64,000 bases of DNA from an uncultured Candidatus Saccharibacteria bacterium (GTDB lineage Bacteria > Patescibacteriota > Minisyncoccia > Phycocordibacterales > PALSA-1337), in NCBI GenBank assembly GCA_964495685.1, contig CAZBVQ010000001.1, positions 39,477-103,476 on the forward strand, written 5' to 3'. Of this stretch, positions 18,598 through 28,751 are shown in pieces (position 1 is the stretch's first letter; each line of letters opens with the position of its first letter). The notes beneath the pieces are model-generated. The model was not told the DNA's origin. It ran no database searches and saw only the letters and a program-made list of their open reading frames with translations. The translations under genes were made by a program, and so were the position numbers.

Positions 18598-19323
18598 CTA
18601 GAAGCTCTCTCTATAAGGATCTGGTGTTCCTGCGGGACGGGGTTTGGGCTGTTGGGCCGGTGTCGGACGTGTAGGAGATACGGTTTTGCTTGCTTGGCCC
18701 ACAGGATTGCTCAGCAGATAGTCCACCAGAGGTTCGACGTGACTCTCCTCTTGTTTGGGTTGGGCTGGCAACGTACGTGGCACAGGATTCGAACTATTAG
18801 TCGAGCTCGTAGGTAGATTTGCAGGAACCTGATCCGTAGGTGTAGGTGCGCTTGTCGGTGGATTCTCGAGTCCAGCCAGGATAGAGTTGCGGTCAGCTGG
18901 AGTGACCGGCTTGCGTTCTGGCTCGGTGGCGGGCTTGTCGATGGAGAAGCCGCCGACGCGTTCGAGGGAGGAGATGGCAGAGCTTGATTCTTCCTGGGTA
19001 TTTCTTATAGTTTCAGATTTGAGTAAGTTGCGGATAGGATCAAATATTACCTTGTTGATATCCTGACTGAGAGCCAACGTTATTTTCGAGGAAATACCCA
19101 GTCTTTGAGATACGTTTGTAACAAAGTCTGCAGAAGAGTGCAGATTAAGTAGAACAAGACCTATCTCATCCACGAGTTCACCTATTTGATCAATATGGAG
19201 GTTGTATTTCTCACTGAGAACTTCAATAGAATCTTGTATTTCAGGAGAGCTAATAGTAGCTTTCAGTTGTTCTGGAAGTTTGTCGAAAGCATCCTGTATT
19301 TCTTGTGCGTTATAAGGTCTCAT
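18598..19323 (-). CDS. Conserved CPR hypothetical protein with Pro-rich tail
   Basis: F.KLP..L...I.S, YNLHIDQ.GEL..EIGLV, and C-terminal DPYRE. Confidence 0.8.
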   Translation of the reverse strand: MRPYNAQEIQDAFDKLPEQLKATISSPEIQDSIEVLSEKYNLHIDQIGELVDEIGLVLLNLHSSADFVTNVSQRLGISSKITLALSQDINKVIFDPIRNLLKSETIRNTQEESSSAISSLERVGGFSIDKPATEPERKPVTPADRNSILAGLENPPTSAPTPTDQVPANLPTSSTNSSNPVPRTLPAQPKQEESHVEPLVDYLLSNPVGQASKTVSPTRPTPAQQPKPRPAGTPDPYRESF

Positions 19324-21413
19324 TATTTTTTATCTTCTTTCTTTTCACCTCCACCTCCTCCGCCCACACTGTCTTTAATACCACCTACAAGCTTTTCTCG
19401 GTCTTCTTCCTTCTCCTTTTCTTTGTTTTTCTTCCTTATTTGTTCCTCTGTAGTTCTCCTATTGTCTTCATTTTGCGCACGTCGTTTTCGGAGATCTGCC
19501 ACATGTTTTTCAAGTCGATCTATATCCGCATCTGCCTGAGCTGTTGCTAGAGGGACAGAAGAAATCGTAGTTTTGGTGGCAGTGAGTTGCTTAATTTGAT
19601 CCTCGATCTCTTGAGCATATCCTGGACCTGCGATGGCGGTGTAACGACCAGACTTCTCTCTGAGTTCTCTAATTTGTTCATCTATAGTGTTTACCTGATC
19701 GTCTTTTTGTTTTTGTAGCTGTTCTGCTGTTTTTTGTGATTGCTCTTTGATCAAGCGTATTGAATTGAGCGAGACGTTGATATCGGCATCCAATTGACGT
19801 TCTCGGAACTTGGAAACGTCGACTACGGCCTTGAGGTCTTCTAAATCTTTATCCTTCTGTGCTTTATCTTTATATTTCTTTGCTACCTCGAGATTGGCAC
19901 GATCCTTCATCATTAAGGTAAAGACAGAAGACTTACCGAGGTTTTGAACCATGTTGTTCTGGTAACGCTTCCCACGCTCCTTGTCCGAATCAGTACCTAC
20001 TTGCTTGTGTAGTGCCTCTATATCCTTCTTGCGTTGCTTCAGCGTGCCGTCATAACTGCCATTCTTTTCACCAAAGCCTGACCCGCTAACTTTCGAAAGA
20101 CGTTTCGATATTGCGAGCCCCAAGTTTGGATTATTTGCATAGATTCGACGCATGGTTGCGGAATCGTTAAGTTTATTTGCCCCCGCTCCGAGCGTATTTC
20201 TTCCTGTAAAGCTACCCACCTTCTTCCATAATATATCCGCCCCCATCTTCTTGCCATCTAATAACCCACCCGTAACTGCGCCGAGTTTGATGGCGGCCAA
20301 TAAGGGGATATTGAGCATCACAATAATAAGCGCAGCATTGATGGCAAAGGAGATAAATTCGGTTGGTACGAGAGCATTTGTTTGCGCTCCTTTCCAGAGA
20401 CTTCCATAGGCCCCTGTATTGAATAAGTTGCTATTTGAAATAATACGAAGAGCGACATACATGAAGAGCAGGTATGCAGGCATAAAGATGAGCTGGTTTT
20501 TGAACACCTTCCACCACTCATCAGCATACTCTTTGAGTTGAGGAATAATGGCAGCCGCAAACCATATCGGAGAGAACGCCAGCAATATGAGTAGTAATAC
20601 GAGACGTATTACGAATGCAAGGGATGCAAACAAAAAGCTTAGTCCGGCTGTTATCATGATGACGACACCAGTGGTACCAATAAGAATTATACGGAAAGGG
20701 GTTGAAATTCCAGCTGAAGGGTCACTCATCCCTAGATTTTTTGAGTTGAAAGTTGTTTGAAGCTGGAGTGACTGCATGAATACAGCCGAAAGACCACCAT
20801 CACTAAACAGCGTGTTGACTATTTGTGGCAGGGTTCCTACCGAGGCCGCATCCCTACTATTTATTAGCTTGCCGATATCTGGTTGTCCAGGAGTTATGGC
20901 GTTATATAGCTGTAGAGAGACTATGTTTGAGGCATCGATACACAGCCCAGTTATGAAGAAACTAAAATTGATGAGCACACCAGCGACGACGATGTTCTTT
21001 ATGGTTTGGCCGAGTTTGGCATCTTTGCCCAGAATCATACGTATGGATGCATACATAAGTCCAAATATAATGAACATTCCCGAAATATCGCGGATTGCTT
21101 TCCATACGTCATATATTGCAGGGGTACTGTTGACGAAGTCTCTGATGTGCATCGTCAAGTTGATTGACACGTTCAAGAGTGTTCCGGTGAGTGCTACGAA
21201 CCATGAACTTACTGAGAGCACCACGTTCATGAATGAAGCCAAGATTTTCATCAAGAAATCCCACGCATTCGCAATTCCGAAGAGACTTTGTGCATGGGCG
21301 GAATGTGTTGTCAGTGCCAATACAGCCATCACCAATACGCCTATCGTCAGTAATTTGCCGGCGGTGCCGAATCGGTGGAGGTCTCTTATTTTTTGTATCA
21401 GTCTAGATGACAT
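19323..21413 (-). CDS. VirB6/TrbL-like polytopic membrane protein with coiled-coil tail
   Basis: W.AIRDI, A.LINFS.FITG..ID.SN, F.IR...L..L.AFSP, WW..F motifs and multiple TM helices. Confidence 0.75.
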   Translation of the reverse strand: MSSRLIQKIRDLHRFGTAGKLLTIGVLVMAVLALTTHSAHAQSLFGIANAWDFLMKILASFMNVVLSVSSWFVALTGTLLNVSINLTMHIRDFVNSTPAIYDVWKAIRDISGMFIIFGLMYASIRMILGKDAKLGQTIKNIVVAGVLINFSFFITGLCIDASNIVSLQLYNAITPGQPDIGKLINSRDAASVGTLPQIVNTLFSDGGLSAVFMQSLQLQTTFNSKNLGMSDPSAGISTPFRIILIGTTGVVIMITAGLSFLFASLAFVIRLVLLLILLAFSPIWFAAAIIPQLKEYADEWWKVFKNQLIFMPAYLLFMYVALRIISNSNLFNTGAYGSLWKGAQTNALVPTEFISFAINAALIIVMLNIPLLAAIKLGAVTGGLLDGKKMGADILWKKVGSFTGRNTLGAGANKLNDSATMRRIYANNPNLGLAISKRLSKVSGSGFGEKNGSYDGTLKQRKKDIEALHKQVGTDSDKERGKRYQNNMVQNLGKSSVFTLMMKDRANLEVAKKYKDKAQKDKDLEDLKAVVDVSKFRERQLDADINVSLNSIRLIKEQSQKTAEQLQKQKDDQVNTIDEQIRELREKSGRYTAIAGPGYAQEIEDQIKQLTATKTTISSVPLATAQADADIDRLEKHVADLRKRRAQNEDNRRTTEEQIRKKNKEKEKEEDREKLVGGIKDSVGGGGGGEKKEDKK

Positions 21414-21419
21414 GTAGTA

Positions 21420-23192
21420 TTAGTGAATTCCTGAAAGTAACGGGTTCTGGAATCGGTGATACGGTAGTGCTCCGTCGAAGCCGATCTGATATGGCATGGC
21501 ATTACATATACCTTGGAACATATCGGCATCTTTGTTGAGCATTACGACCAAGGTGTCAGCAGTCTTCTTCCCTGCTCGCGCATCCTCTGAGCTCTCGATA
21601 CCAGCTTGTGCGCCACGGAGAGTCGCATCGATGGTCGTATCGACACGATTGAATCCTTGACTGATGTCGTTATCGGTTACGCCGCGTATCTGAGTGATAC
21701 TGGTAGATGCGGTCGCACGATACCCACCGAGTGCAGTGGCGACCGCATCTTTCTTGTACGTTGTAGATGCGATCTGGGGATCGATATTCTGCGCGAGTAC
21801 TTGATCAATGCTATAGACCAATCGTTCTGCATATGTGCGCTGGAATGAAGATATGTTGTGGTTCGCTAATATCTTGGTGGTGAAGCATGCGCGAGCGGTG
21901 GTGTATTTGGTACGAGTCGTGTTGAGTGATGCGAGCGTTTCGTCATAGGTTGTGATGTTGCTTTGTCCGAGGTTGATGATGGAGTTTGAGCTACTTAATG
22001 TTCGATCACGAGTCGATCGTGCGTCGAAGCTGTTCTGGTTGTAAGATTCTTCACTGAGTTGAGTCAGGTATGATTTCGAATTGCCGCCTGTACCAGAGCC
22101 GCGACCACTAAGTGCGGCGAGACCTTGAGTAAACATCTGGTTGACGAGCGCGCCAGTGATGGCGTCGATGCTATCACTGATTGTTTTGACCAATACGAGT
22201 TTATCAGTAGGAACATTGAGCTGGCGCTGGAGCGACCCGGCTATCATGGAGCCGGGAGTTTGTGTCTCACAGCTCTTGTAAGCTACCACCCCATTCTTTT
22301 TAACTTTCTTGATACTGGTAGCTTTGTTCAAATCAGTTTGACCCGTAACTACAGTGTGTTCACCAAACTCGTGAAGCTGCTGTTCTTGGGCGACACTTAG
22401 ACCAAGCTCACCACCATCAAACTGGCCACTTGTATAACCAGTGGTTACGTCAGTACATTTCTGCCATGACAAGAATCCTTGTCCCCTGTTGAGATCAGCA
22501 TTTACCGAGGCTTTCTTTTCGGCAATTTTACTTTGCAGGTCTAAGTCGGCCATAAGATATGCTCCAATAGGATTGTTTTGTGGTTCCGTCGAATAAGCAA
22601 CGAAGCCCCACCATCCTCCTTGTGAAAAATCACCATCTATGAAATTACCTAGAGCGACTCCGTCACGCGACCCACTCAATGTGATGCCACTATTTTGCCC
22701 CGCAGTATTTACAGCGTTACGGGTATTGTTGATGACCTTACCCAAAGTACAAGTATATCGTTTGTTATACGACGACATATCTACTTGATTTATTGCCAAG
22801 TTGAGTCGTATATCGAAACTGAACGGCGAACACAGCTGCGACAGTGCCCCAGTCTTGTCTATGAGCTCACCAGTAATTTGGTCGCCCACATCAAGGAAGA
22901 ACCCTTCGGGATTGGTTAGGAATGCTGGGCTACCCTCGAATCCTGTATTGATCCAATTGACCACACTTGCAGTCATGCGCTGGATCAACTGGTTGGCGAC
23001 CATGACGGCCAGTCTGTTGCCGACGAATTCTTTCCAGTTGTCCATGATGCAGTACACGTCGAAGAGTCCGCACGTAGTCGGAACGGCTAGTGCCTGAGCG
23101 CGCTTGGCCGGCAGGAACGAGAACGAAGATACGATCATCGTAGTGATGAGGAGGATGATCAGTGCGCCGCGTGAAAAAGTGTTCGATGTCAT
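21420..23192 (-). CDS. Secreted hypothetical protein of the T4SS-like cluster
   Basis: Signal peptide, then VVNWIN.GF.G.PAF..NP, LCSPF, GGW..F, P.NNP.G and G.GFLS motifs. Start at ATG 23192. Confidence 0.75.
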   Translation of the reverse strand: MTSNTFSRGALIILLITTMIVSSFSFLPAKRAQALAVPTTCGLFDVYCIMDNWKEFVGNRLAVMVANQLIQRMTASVVNWINTGFEGSPAFLTNPEGFFLDVGDQITGELIDKTGALSQLCSPFSFDIRLNLAINQVDMSSYNKRYTCTLGKVINNTRNAVNTAGQNSGITLSGSRDGVALGNFIDGDFSQGGWWGFVAYSTEPQNNPIGAYLMADLDLQSKIAEKKASVNADLNRGQGFLSWQKCTDVTTGYTSGQFDGGELGLSVAQEQQLHEFGEHTVVTGQTDLNKATSIKKVKKNGVVAYKSCETQTPGSMIAGSLQRQLNVPTDKLVLVKTISDSIDAITGALVNQMFTQGLAALSGRGSGTGGNSKSYLTQLSEESYNQNSFDARSTRDRTLSSSNSIINLGQSNITTYDETLASLNTTRTKYTTARACFTTKILANHNISSFQRTYAERLVYSIDQVLAQNIDPQIASTTYKKDAVATALGGYRATASTSITQIRGVTDNDISQGFNRVDTTIDATLRGAQAGIESSEDARAGKKTADTLVVMLNKDADMFQGICNAMPYQIGFDGALPYHRFQNPLLSGIH

Positions 23193-23193
23193 A

Positions 23194-24072
23194 TTATTTG
23201 ACCATGCTAAAAATAATGGCAGGCTCGGTGGAACTGAACTCGAGCCCTTCTTGTGAAAATGCAAATTTCAGATCCAGCAACGCGTCTCTCATCTGGCCGA
23301 GGGATTTTTCGTAAACAGCCAATGCTGCAATGCTCTGGAGGGGGTCGCTAAAAACTTTGGTCATGCCACGTGACGCGAATGACATGGCGCTCATGCTGTT
23401 GACGAGATTGGTATGGAAGCCGGCAAGGGATTTGGGTACCTCTGTCGCAAGAGTGCTACTCAACATGCGGTCGTATGCAGCCGCGATCATCTCAACCTCT
23501 TTTATCTTGGACTGGTCCTCTTCGTCGAGCGCTTGCAATGCTACGGTAGCAGCATCGTGGGCGGGCATATTGGCAGAAAAAATAGTACCCACTGCGTTGG
23601 CGTATACCCTATCGCTCGATGCGCCACTGTTTTGGGAGATACGAATCTCGCGGACATCATATACTCGTGCTTGAGGGGCGGCATCGACAATGTTGGTTGT
23701 CGTCTGATCGACGAGAGCCTTGATTGCTTGAGGGTCTTCGTTCAAATTATTTTGTTTGAGGTACATATATTGTTCGAAGAATTTCTTGCCGAACTGGCCA
23801 GTCAGTGTCTCTGGTTCGGAGATGATGGTTTTTGCGGAAGAAGCACTGACTGCAATGGAGCTCGAACCAGTAGTGAGGAATTGTTTGCGCCAGTCACCTG
23901 ATTCAGGGACAACGGATCCACCAGAGATGACGGGAGATACGGTGCTGGTCTTTTTGGGGGTCATTCTCGAGAACAAAGAATTGCCGTACGCGGCATATCC
24001 AGCGACAGCAACTCCGACTATGCATACAATGAGGACGATGAGCGTCTGTTTGTGCCCACGGGATAGCGACAT
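23194..24072 (-). CDS. Membrane-anchored hypothetical protein
   Basis: N-terminal TM helix, helical domain with VP..LA..H..LVN and DPL. Confidence 0.75.
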   Translation of the reverse strand: MSLSRGHKQTLIVLIVCIVGVAVAGYAAYGNSLFSRMTPKKTSTVSPVISGGSVVPESGDWRKQFLTTGSSSIAVSASSAKTIISEPETLTGQFGKKFFEQYMYLKQNNLNEDPQAIKALVDQTTTNIVDAAPQARVYDVREIRISQNSGASSDRVYANAVGTIFSANMPAHDAATVALQALDEEDQSKIKEVEMIAAAYDRMLSSTLATEVPKSLAGFHTNLVNSMSAMSFASRGMTKVFSDPLQSIAALAVYEKSLGQMRDALLDLKFAFSQEGLEFSSTEPAIIFSMVK

Positions 24073-24185
24073 ACGACATAATTATATAGTAATAACGCCG
24101 TAATTGCTGGATTTTCTGTGGACAATACGATATCGACTTGGTGCAAATCGTGATACCATAGAAGCACATGACAGAACTTCATCAT

Positions 24186-24515
24186 ATGCGTAAATATATA
24201 TTTATACTTTTTCTGTTGACATTCATATCGGCGCCCGTGGTTACTGCTCGTGCGGCGGTGCCTATCCCATTCGGAGGATTGGTGACTACGATGCAGCCAT
24301 GCGACGAAGGTTTGTTGGTCTATGTGCTCACGCCAGTAACAGGAGTCATCCCCTTCATGTGGCTCTGGGGAGAACTGCCCTTCCTCATGTACATCCCCCC
24401 GCATACAGGTCAAGAGTTGCTCGGGTATGCTGCTACGGTCCCAGTGGTCTGTACAATTGGGGGCTTCCCTTATGGAGCGGGCTTACCGATCATCATGCAC
24501 GGATCAAGTCTCTAG
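24186..24515 (+). CDS. Small secreted hypothetical protein
   Basis: Signal peptide ending ARA, PFGG...C...LG...C...G.S pattern. Start uncertain (24168 or 24186). Confidence 0.65.
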   Translation: MRKYIFILFLLTFISAPVVTARAAVPIPFGGLVTTMQPCDEGLLVYVLTPVTGVIPFMWLWGELPFLMYIPPHTGQELLGYAATVPVVCTIGGFPYGAGLPIIMHGSSL

Positions 24516-25309
24516 CATTCTGCGCCTATACTGAGCCATTTTTCTACAGGAATGTCCTCGGCCCGAATCTTGGAGTCGAGGGCATTTTGTGTCCAAATAT
24601 GGCTAATTTGCTGGGCGGGAAGCACTGACTCCAAGTTTCTAGCTGCAAATTTGCGTTTGTGTGCGAAGCCGGCCTTCAAAATAGTGAAAAACCTTGCAAT
24701 ATCGGCGTTTTTTGATGCGAAATGTTGACTTGATATGTTTTCTATTGCCAAAATCGCAGAATCAACAGAAGGTGGCGGGGTGAAAGCACCCGGAGGCACC
24801 GTCGATACCATTTTCGGGGTCCCGAACACCTTCACTGATACTGAAAGGACGCTTTCTTTGCCATCACGGGCCACAATACGATCAGCGACCTCTTTTTGGA
24901 CGAGGAGTACCATACGTTGTGGTCGAGGTCCGTGCTCGAGAAATTGTTCGAGAATGGCACCAGTAATGTAATACGGGATATTGGCGACGAGAAGGTAAGG
25001 ATCAAGCACCAAGAGGTTGGATGTTATGACATTCTGGTCCAATACATCTCCGGCGACAAGTTTTAGTTGTCCATTTTTGATTTCGTTGAAGAACGTCTGG
25101 TTCAACATATCGATTGCGCGAGCATCTTTTTCGATAGCGGTCACCCGTGCTCCTGTATCCAACAGTGTGCGTGTCAGAAATCCAGTGCCAGGACCAATTT
25201 CAAGCACCCGGTCCCCTTCTTGTATGTGGGCGGCCTCAATAATTTTCGCCAAGACGGTTGGTGAATTCAAGAAATGCTGGCCAAGAGATTTTTTTGCGAA
25301 TAATTTCAT
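24512..25309 (-). CDS. rsmA: 16S rRNA m6,2A dimethyltransferase RsmA/KsgA
   Basis: AKKSLGQHFL, LEIGPGTG, VANIPYYIT, QKEVADRI and F.PPP.VDSA. Confidence 0.97.
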   Translation of the reverse strand: MKLFAKKSLGQHFLNSPTVLAKIIEAAHIQEGDRVLEIGPGTGFLTRTLLDTGARVTAIEKDARAIDMLNQTFFNEIKNGQLKLVAGDVLDQNVITSNLLVLDPYLLVANIPYYITGAILEQFLEHGPRPQRMVLLVQKEVADRIVARDGKESVLSVSVKVFGTPKMVSTVPPGAFTPPPSVDSAILAIENISSQHFASKNADIARFFTILKAGFAHKRKFAARNLESVLPAQQISHIWTQNALDSKIRAEDIPVEKWLSIGAEC

Positions 25310-25329
25310 GGGATAGGTATACCACGGAT

Positions 25330-27420
25330 TCAGAAATCTATGAACAGAGCTTTTGCACCCGACGGTTTTTCCGGTGGCGCTTGATCGTGTATGAGATCGG
25401 GACTGATGTCGCTCAGGAATTCCGAAGGTACATTGACTCGTTGCGCTCCGTAGACAGTGCGTATGATGGTGTGACTCAGGTGTACGTGTGTGCGTGCGCG
25501 GGTGAGTGCCACATAAAACAGGCGTCGCTCTTCTTCAGCTTCAGCAGGATCGATCCCGGCATCATCAATGTGTTTGAACGGAAACAAGTCTTGCTCCATT
25601 CCAGCGATGAACACGTGATCGAACTCGAGGCCTTTCGAGGCGTGCACGGTCATGAGCTTCACCGCGTCTTCATTTTTTTCCAAGTCATCCTGATCGCTGG
25701 CGAGCGCAGCGTTCTCGAGGAATTTTTCGATACCAGCGGTGGAGGAATCCGTCCCTTCACCCACGGTCGACTTGGCTCGTATCACGGAATCACGAGCCAA
25801 GTCGCCTTTTCTCGGCGTTGCCTCTGTTGGAAATCTGGAGTTGATGCCCCGCAACGCCTCCGAAGAGGGTTCAGAGACGGATTCCTCCACCGCTGGCACA
25901 TATTCATCATATTGTGCCGCTACAGATACGAGTTCACGCACGTTCATAAGACGCTCCTCATCTTCTGCGTCACCACTCATGAGCATGCGTTCGATACCTG
26001 TCTCTTGAATAACGAATTTGACCGCTTCAGAAGGTTTTTTTTCTGTCACTTCGGCACGAATATCGTCGAGTAATTTCCAGAAGCTATTCACTTTGGCCTG
26101 CATGGCCGCAGGCAGCAAATCTGGCCTTGCTGACATGATTTTTGCCACGGTGGCCTTGCCGATCCCACGTGCTGGAACGTTGATGATGCGCCCAATGTCA
26201 CCCCAGGAATCTTTGTTGAGAGCAGCACGAATGTAGGAGAGGATATCCTTGATTTCTTTGCGCTCGAAGAAGCGTACGCCGACAAGTTGGTACGGAATAT
26301 TTTTCTTGATGAATGCTTCTTCGATGGCTCGTGATTGGAAATTGGCACGATAGAGTACTGCGATGTTGCGAGCCGAAGTCCCCTGTTCGATCAGTGATCG
26401 TGCGGTATCGGCAATAGCGCGTGCTTCATCGAGCTCCGTATATGCCATGTTCATGTGGATTTTTTCACCATCGTGGTTGTCGGTATACAATGTCTTGTCT
26501 TTGCGCAACGTGTTCTTCTTGATGACATCATTCGCTGCAGCGAGAATAGTTTTTGTTGAACGGTAGTTTTGTTCGAGCGCGACGACAGTTGCGTCGGGAT
26601 AGTCTTTTTCGAAGTTCAAGATATTTTCGATAGTAGCACCGCGCCAGCTATAGATATTCTGGTCGGCATCACCAACAACACACAGGTTGCGATGCTTTTC
26701 GACAAGAAGTTTGGTCATTTCGTACTGGATACGATTGGTGTCCTGATACTCATCGACGTGCACGTGGCTCCATATGGTTTGGTATCGGCCGCGTACGGAT
26801 GCGTTCTGTTTGAGGAGTTGAACGGCTCTGAACAAGAGATCATCGAAGTCCAATCCTTTCTCTTGTGACAGGATTGTTTCGTATTTTTCCCACACAGCGG
26901 CGACCGTTTCTTGCATGTACTCTTGTGCTGCATCGAAATATTCCAGCCTACCGAATCCGTCACCTTTGGCGCGAGATATCATATTAAGGATAGTGCCAGG
27001 ATCGAATCGTTTGGGGTCGACCGAACATGACTCCATGGCCTGTTTGATCGCTCTCCTAGAATCAGATCGGTCAAATATAGTGAAATGTCGACTGAGTCCG
27101 AGTAACGAGGCATTTTCTCGGATAATATGGACACCAAGTGCATGAAAGGTGCTGACGAACGGTCGTTCATGCATCGAAATGGGTCGATTGATCGCTGCAT
27201 CCCCCGACAGAAGTGTCTCGACTCGTTCACGCATCTCTTTTGCCGCCTTGTTGGTGAATGTTATAGCTAGAATACGGTGAGGAGCTACACCTTTGTGGAT
27301 AAGGTTGAGGATGCGGTGTGTTATGACGCGGGTTTTGCCTGCGCCAGCGCCAGCGATGATGAGCAAAGGTCCTTCGGTGGTGTCGACAGCACGTTGTTGG
27401 GCGGGATTGAGTCCGGACAT
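25330..27420 (-). CDS. pcrA: ATP-dependent DNA helicase PcrA/UvrD with an in-frame ~55-aa palindromic insert
   Basis: AGAGAGKTRV, VDEYQDTN, VGDADQNIYSWRGA, EQNYRS, MTVHASKGLEF and EEERRLFYVALTRA. Confidence 0.97.
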   Translation of the reverse strand: MSGLNPAQQRAVDTTEGPLLIIAGAGAGKTRVITHRILNLIHKGVAPHRILAITFTNKAAKEMRERVETLLSGDAAINRPISMHERPFVSTFHALGVHIIRENASLLGLSRHFTIFDRSDSRRAIKQAMESCSVDPKRFDPGTILNMISRAKGDGFGRLEYFDAAQEYMQETVAAVWEKYETILSQEKGLDFDDLLFRAVQLLKQNASVRGRYQTIWSHVHVDEYQDTNRIQYEMTKLLVEKHRNLCVVGDADQNIYSWRGATIENILNFEKDYPDATVVALEQNYRSTKTILAAANDVIKKNTLRKDKTLYTDNHDGEKIHMNMAYTELDEARAIADTARSLIEQGTSARNIAVLYRANFQSRAIEEAFIKKNIPYQLVGVRFFERKEIKDILSYIRAALNKDSWGDIGRIINVPARGIGKATVAKIMSARPDLLPAAMQAKVNSFWKLLDDIRAEVTEKKPSEAVKFVIQETGIERMLMSGDAEDEERLMNVRELVSVAAQYDEYVPAVEESVSEPSSEALRGINSRFPTEATPRKGDLARDSVIRAKSTVGEGTDSSTAGIEKFLENAALASDQDDLEKNEDAVKLMTVHASKGLEFDHVFIAGMEQDLFPFKHIDDAGIDPAEAEEERRLFYVALTRARTHVHLSHTIIRTVYGAQRVNVPSEFLSDISPDLIHDQAPPEKPSGAKALFIDF
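25733..25896. repeat. Intragenic palindromic element inside pcrA/uvrD
   Basis: Perfect 21-bp arms CCAGCGGTGGAGGAATCCGTC/GACGGATTCCTCCACCGCTGG enclosing hairpins CGACTTGGCTCGT/ACGAGCCAAGTCG and GGCGTTGC/GCAACGCC. Confidence 0.9.
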
Positions 27421-27665
27421 GAGAGGTAGTGTACCAGATTCCGGGCTTTGAAGATAATATTTTGCAACAAAAGTTGACAGACAGTCTATGTTTGTAGTTA
27501 TTCACATTATCGATTGACAATAGATTTTGAGCTGATACCCTTGGTAGGTACTCTGATTTAGGGGTACCTAGATGTGGCTTTGTTAAGCCATTTATTTATT
27601 GATAGACTCGACACAGAGCGATGGCGGGGATACTACGGATGAATTGCCAGATAGTAAAAAATGTT

Positions 27666-28751
27666 ATGCAGTTTTTCACGTCACACAGTCATACACCAAT
27701 GTCTTCGACCAAGCGCCTCATGACTTGGGCGGTTGCTTTCATTGTATTCATCGGACTCATATTTGCATACTCTGGGACCGCTCACGCCGGTCTTATTTCG
27801 TATATATTCGGCAGTAATGTCTCGGCTCAGACAAGTGCTGAGACGAATCGTGAAGCGCGTCGTGCCAATTCCCAGAATCTCGCATTACTCCAGGCGGCAA
27901 GCAATTTCGATCCCAATCCTGAGAAGGCCTCAGGGGTTTCCCCTATTGTCGGCAATGTTCTAGTTGCGGATATGGTTCTTTCTGAAGGTGCTGCGGATAC
28001 GACTAGTACGCAGATCAGTACATACGTTGTACGTGAGGGTGATACCATATCAGGCATTGCCAAAATGTTCAAAGTCTCGGTCAATACTATCCTGTGGGCG
28101 AATGATATCGGCAGGGCTTCGGCTTTGCGTCCAGGACAGACGCTGGTCATTTTGCCAGTGACGGGTATTAGTTACACAGTCAAGAAAGGCGATACGATCA
28201 AGAGTATTGCTCTCAAGTACAAAGCGGATGTTGATGAGATATTCCAATACAATGACTTGGATGCTAATGCGACTCTTGTGACAGGTCAGACAGTCATTAT
28301 TCCAGACGCTGAATTACGTGTGTCTGTACCTACCAAAGTGGTATTCAAAAATAATCCTGCACATGACACCAATGGCCCAGATTACAGTGGCTATTATGCT
28401 CAACCAGTCAGTACATACTTCTGCAGCCAGAATCTTCATGGCTACAATGGTGTCGATATGGCAGGTCCCCGCGGTACTCCTATCTATGCTGCGGCCGCAG
28501 GAACCGTGCTCGTGAGCGCAAGCAGTGGCTGGAATGGCGGATACGGAAACCTGATTATCATTTCTCATGACAATGGCACACAGACCGTATACGGCCATCT
28601 CTCCAAGAATACGGTGTCTGTCGGTCAACGTGTCGGACAAGGTCAGTCTATTGGTCTCATGGGCGCTACTGGCAAGGCTACAGGGTCGCATCTTCATTTC
28701 GAAATTCGTGGTGCACGCAATCCGTTCGTCACAGGATGCCCACGTTCATAG
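27666..28751 (+). CDS. LysM x2 plus M23 peptidase (cell-wall hydrolase)
   Basis: YVVREGDTISGIA and YTVKKGDTIKSIA LysM repeats, H.GVD, YGHL and HLHFE. Start uncertain (27666 or 27699). Confidence 0.93.
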   Translation: MQFFTSHSHTPMSSTKRLMTWAVAFIVFIGLIFAYSGTAHAGLISYIFGSNVSAQTSAETNREARRANSQNLALLQAASNFDPNPEKASGVSPIVGNVLVADMVLSEGAADTTSTQISTYVVREGDTISGIAKMFKVSVNTILWANDIGRASALRPGQTLVILPVTGISYTVKKGDTIKSIALKYKADVDEIFQYNDLDANATLVTGQTVIIPDAELRVSVPTKVVFKNNPAHDTNGPDYSGYYAQPVSTYFCSQNLHGYNGVDMAGPRGTPIYAAAAGTVLVSASSGWNGGYGNLIIISHDNGTQTVYGHLSKNTVSVGQRVGQGQSIGLMGATGKATGSHLHFEIRGARNPFVTGCPRS

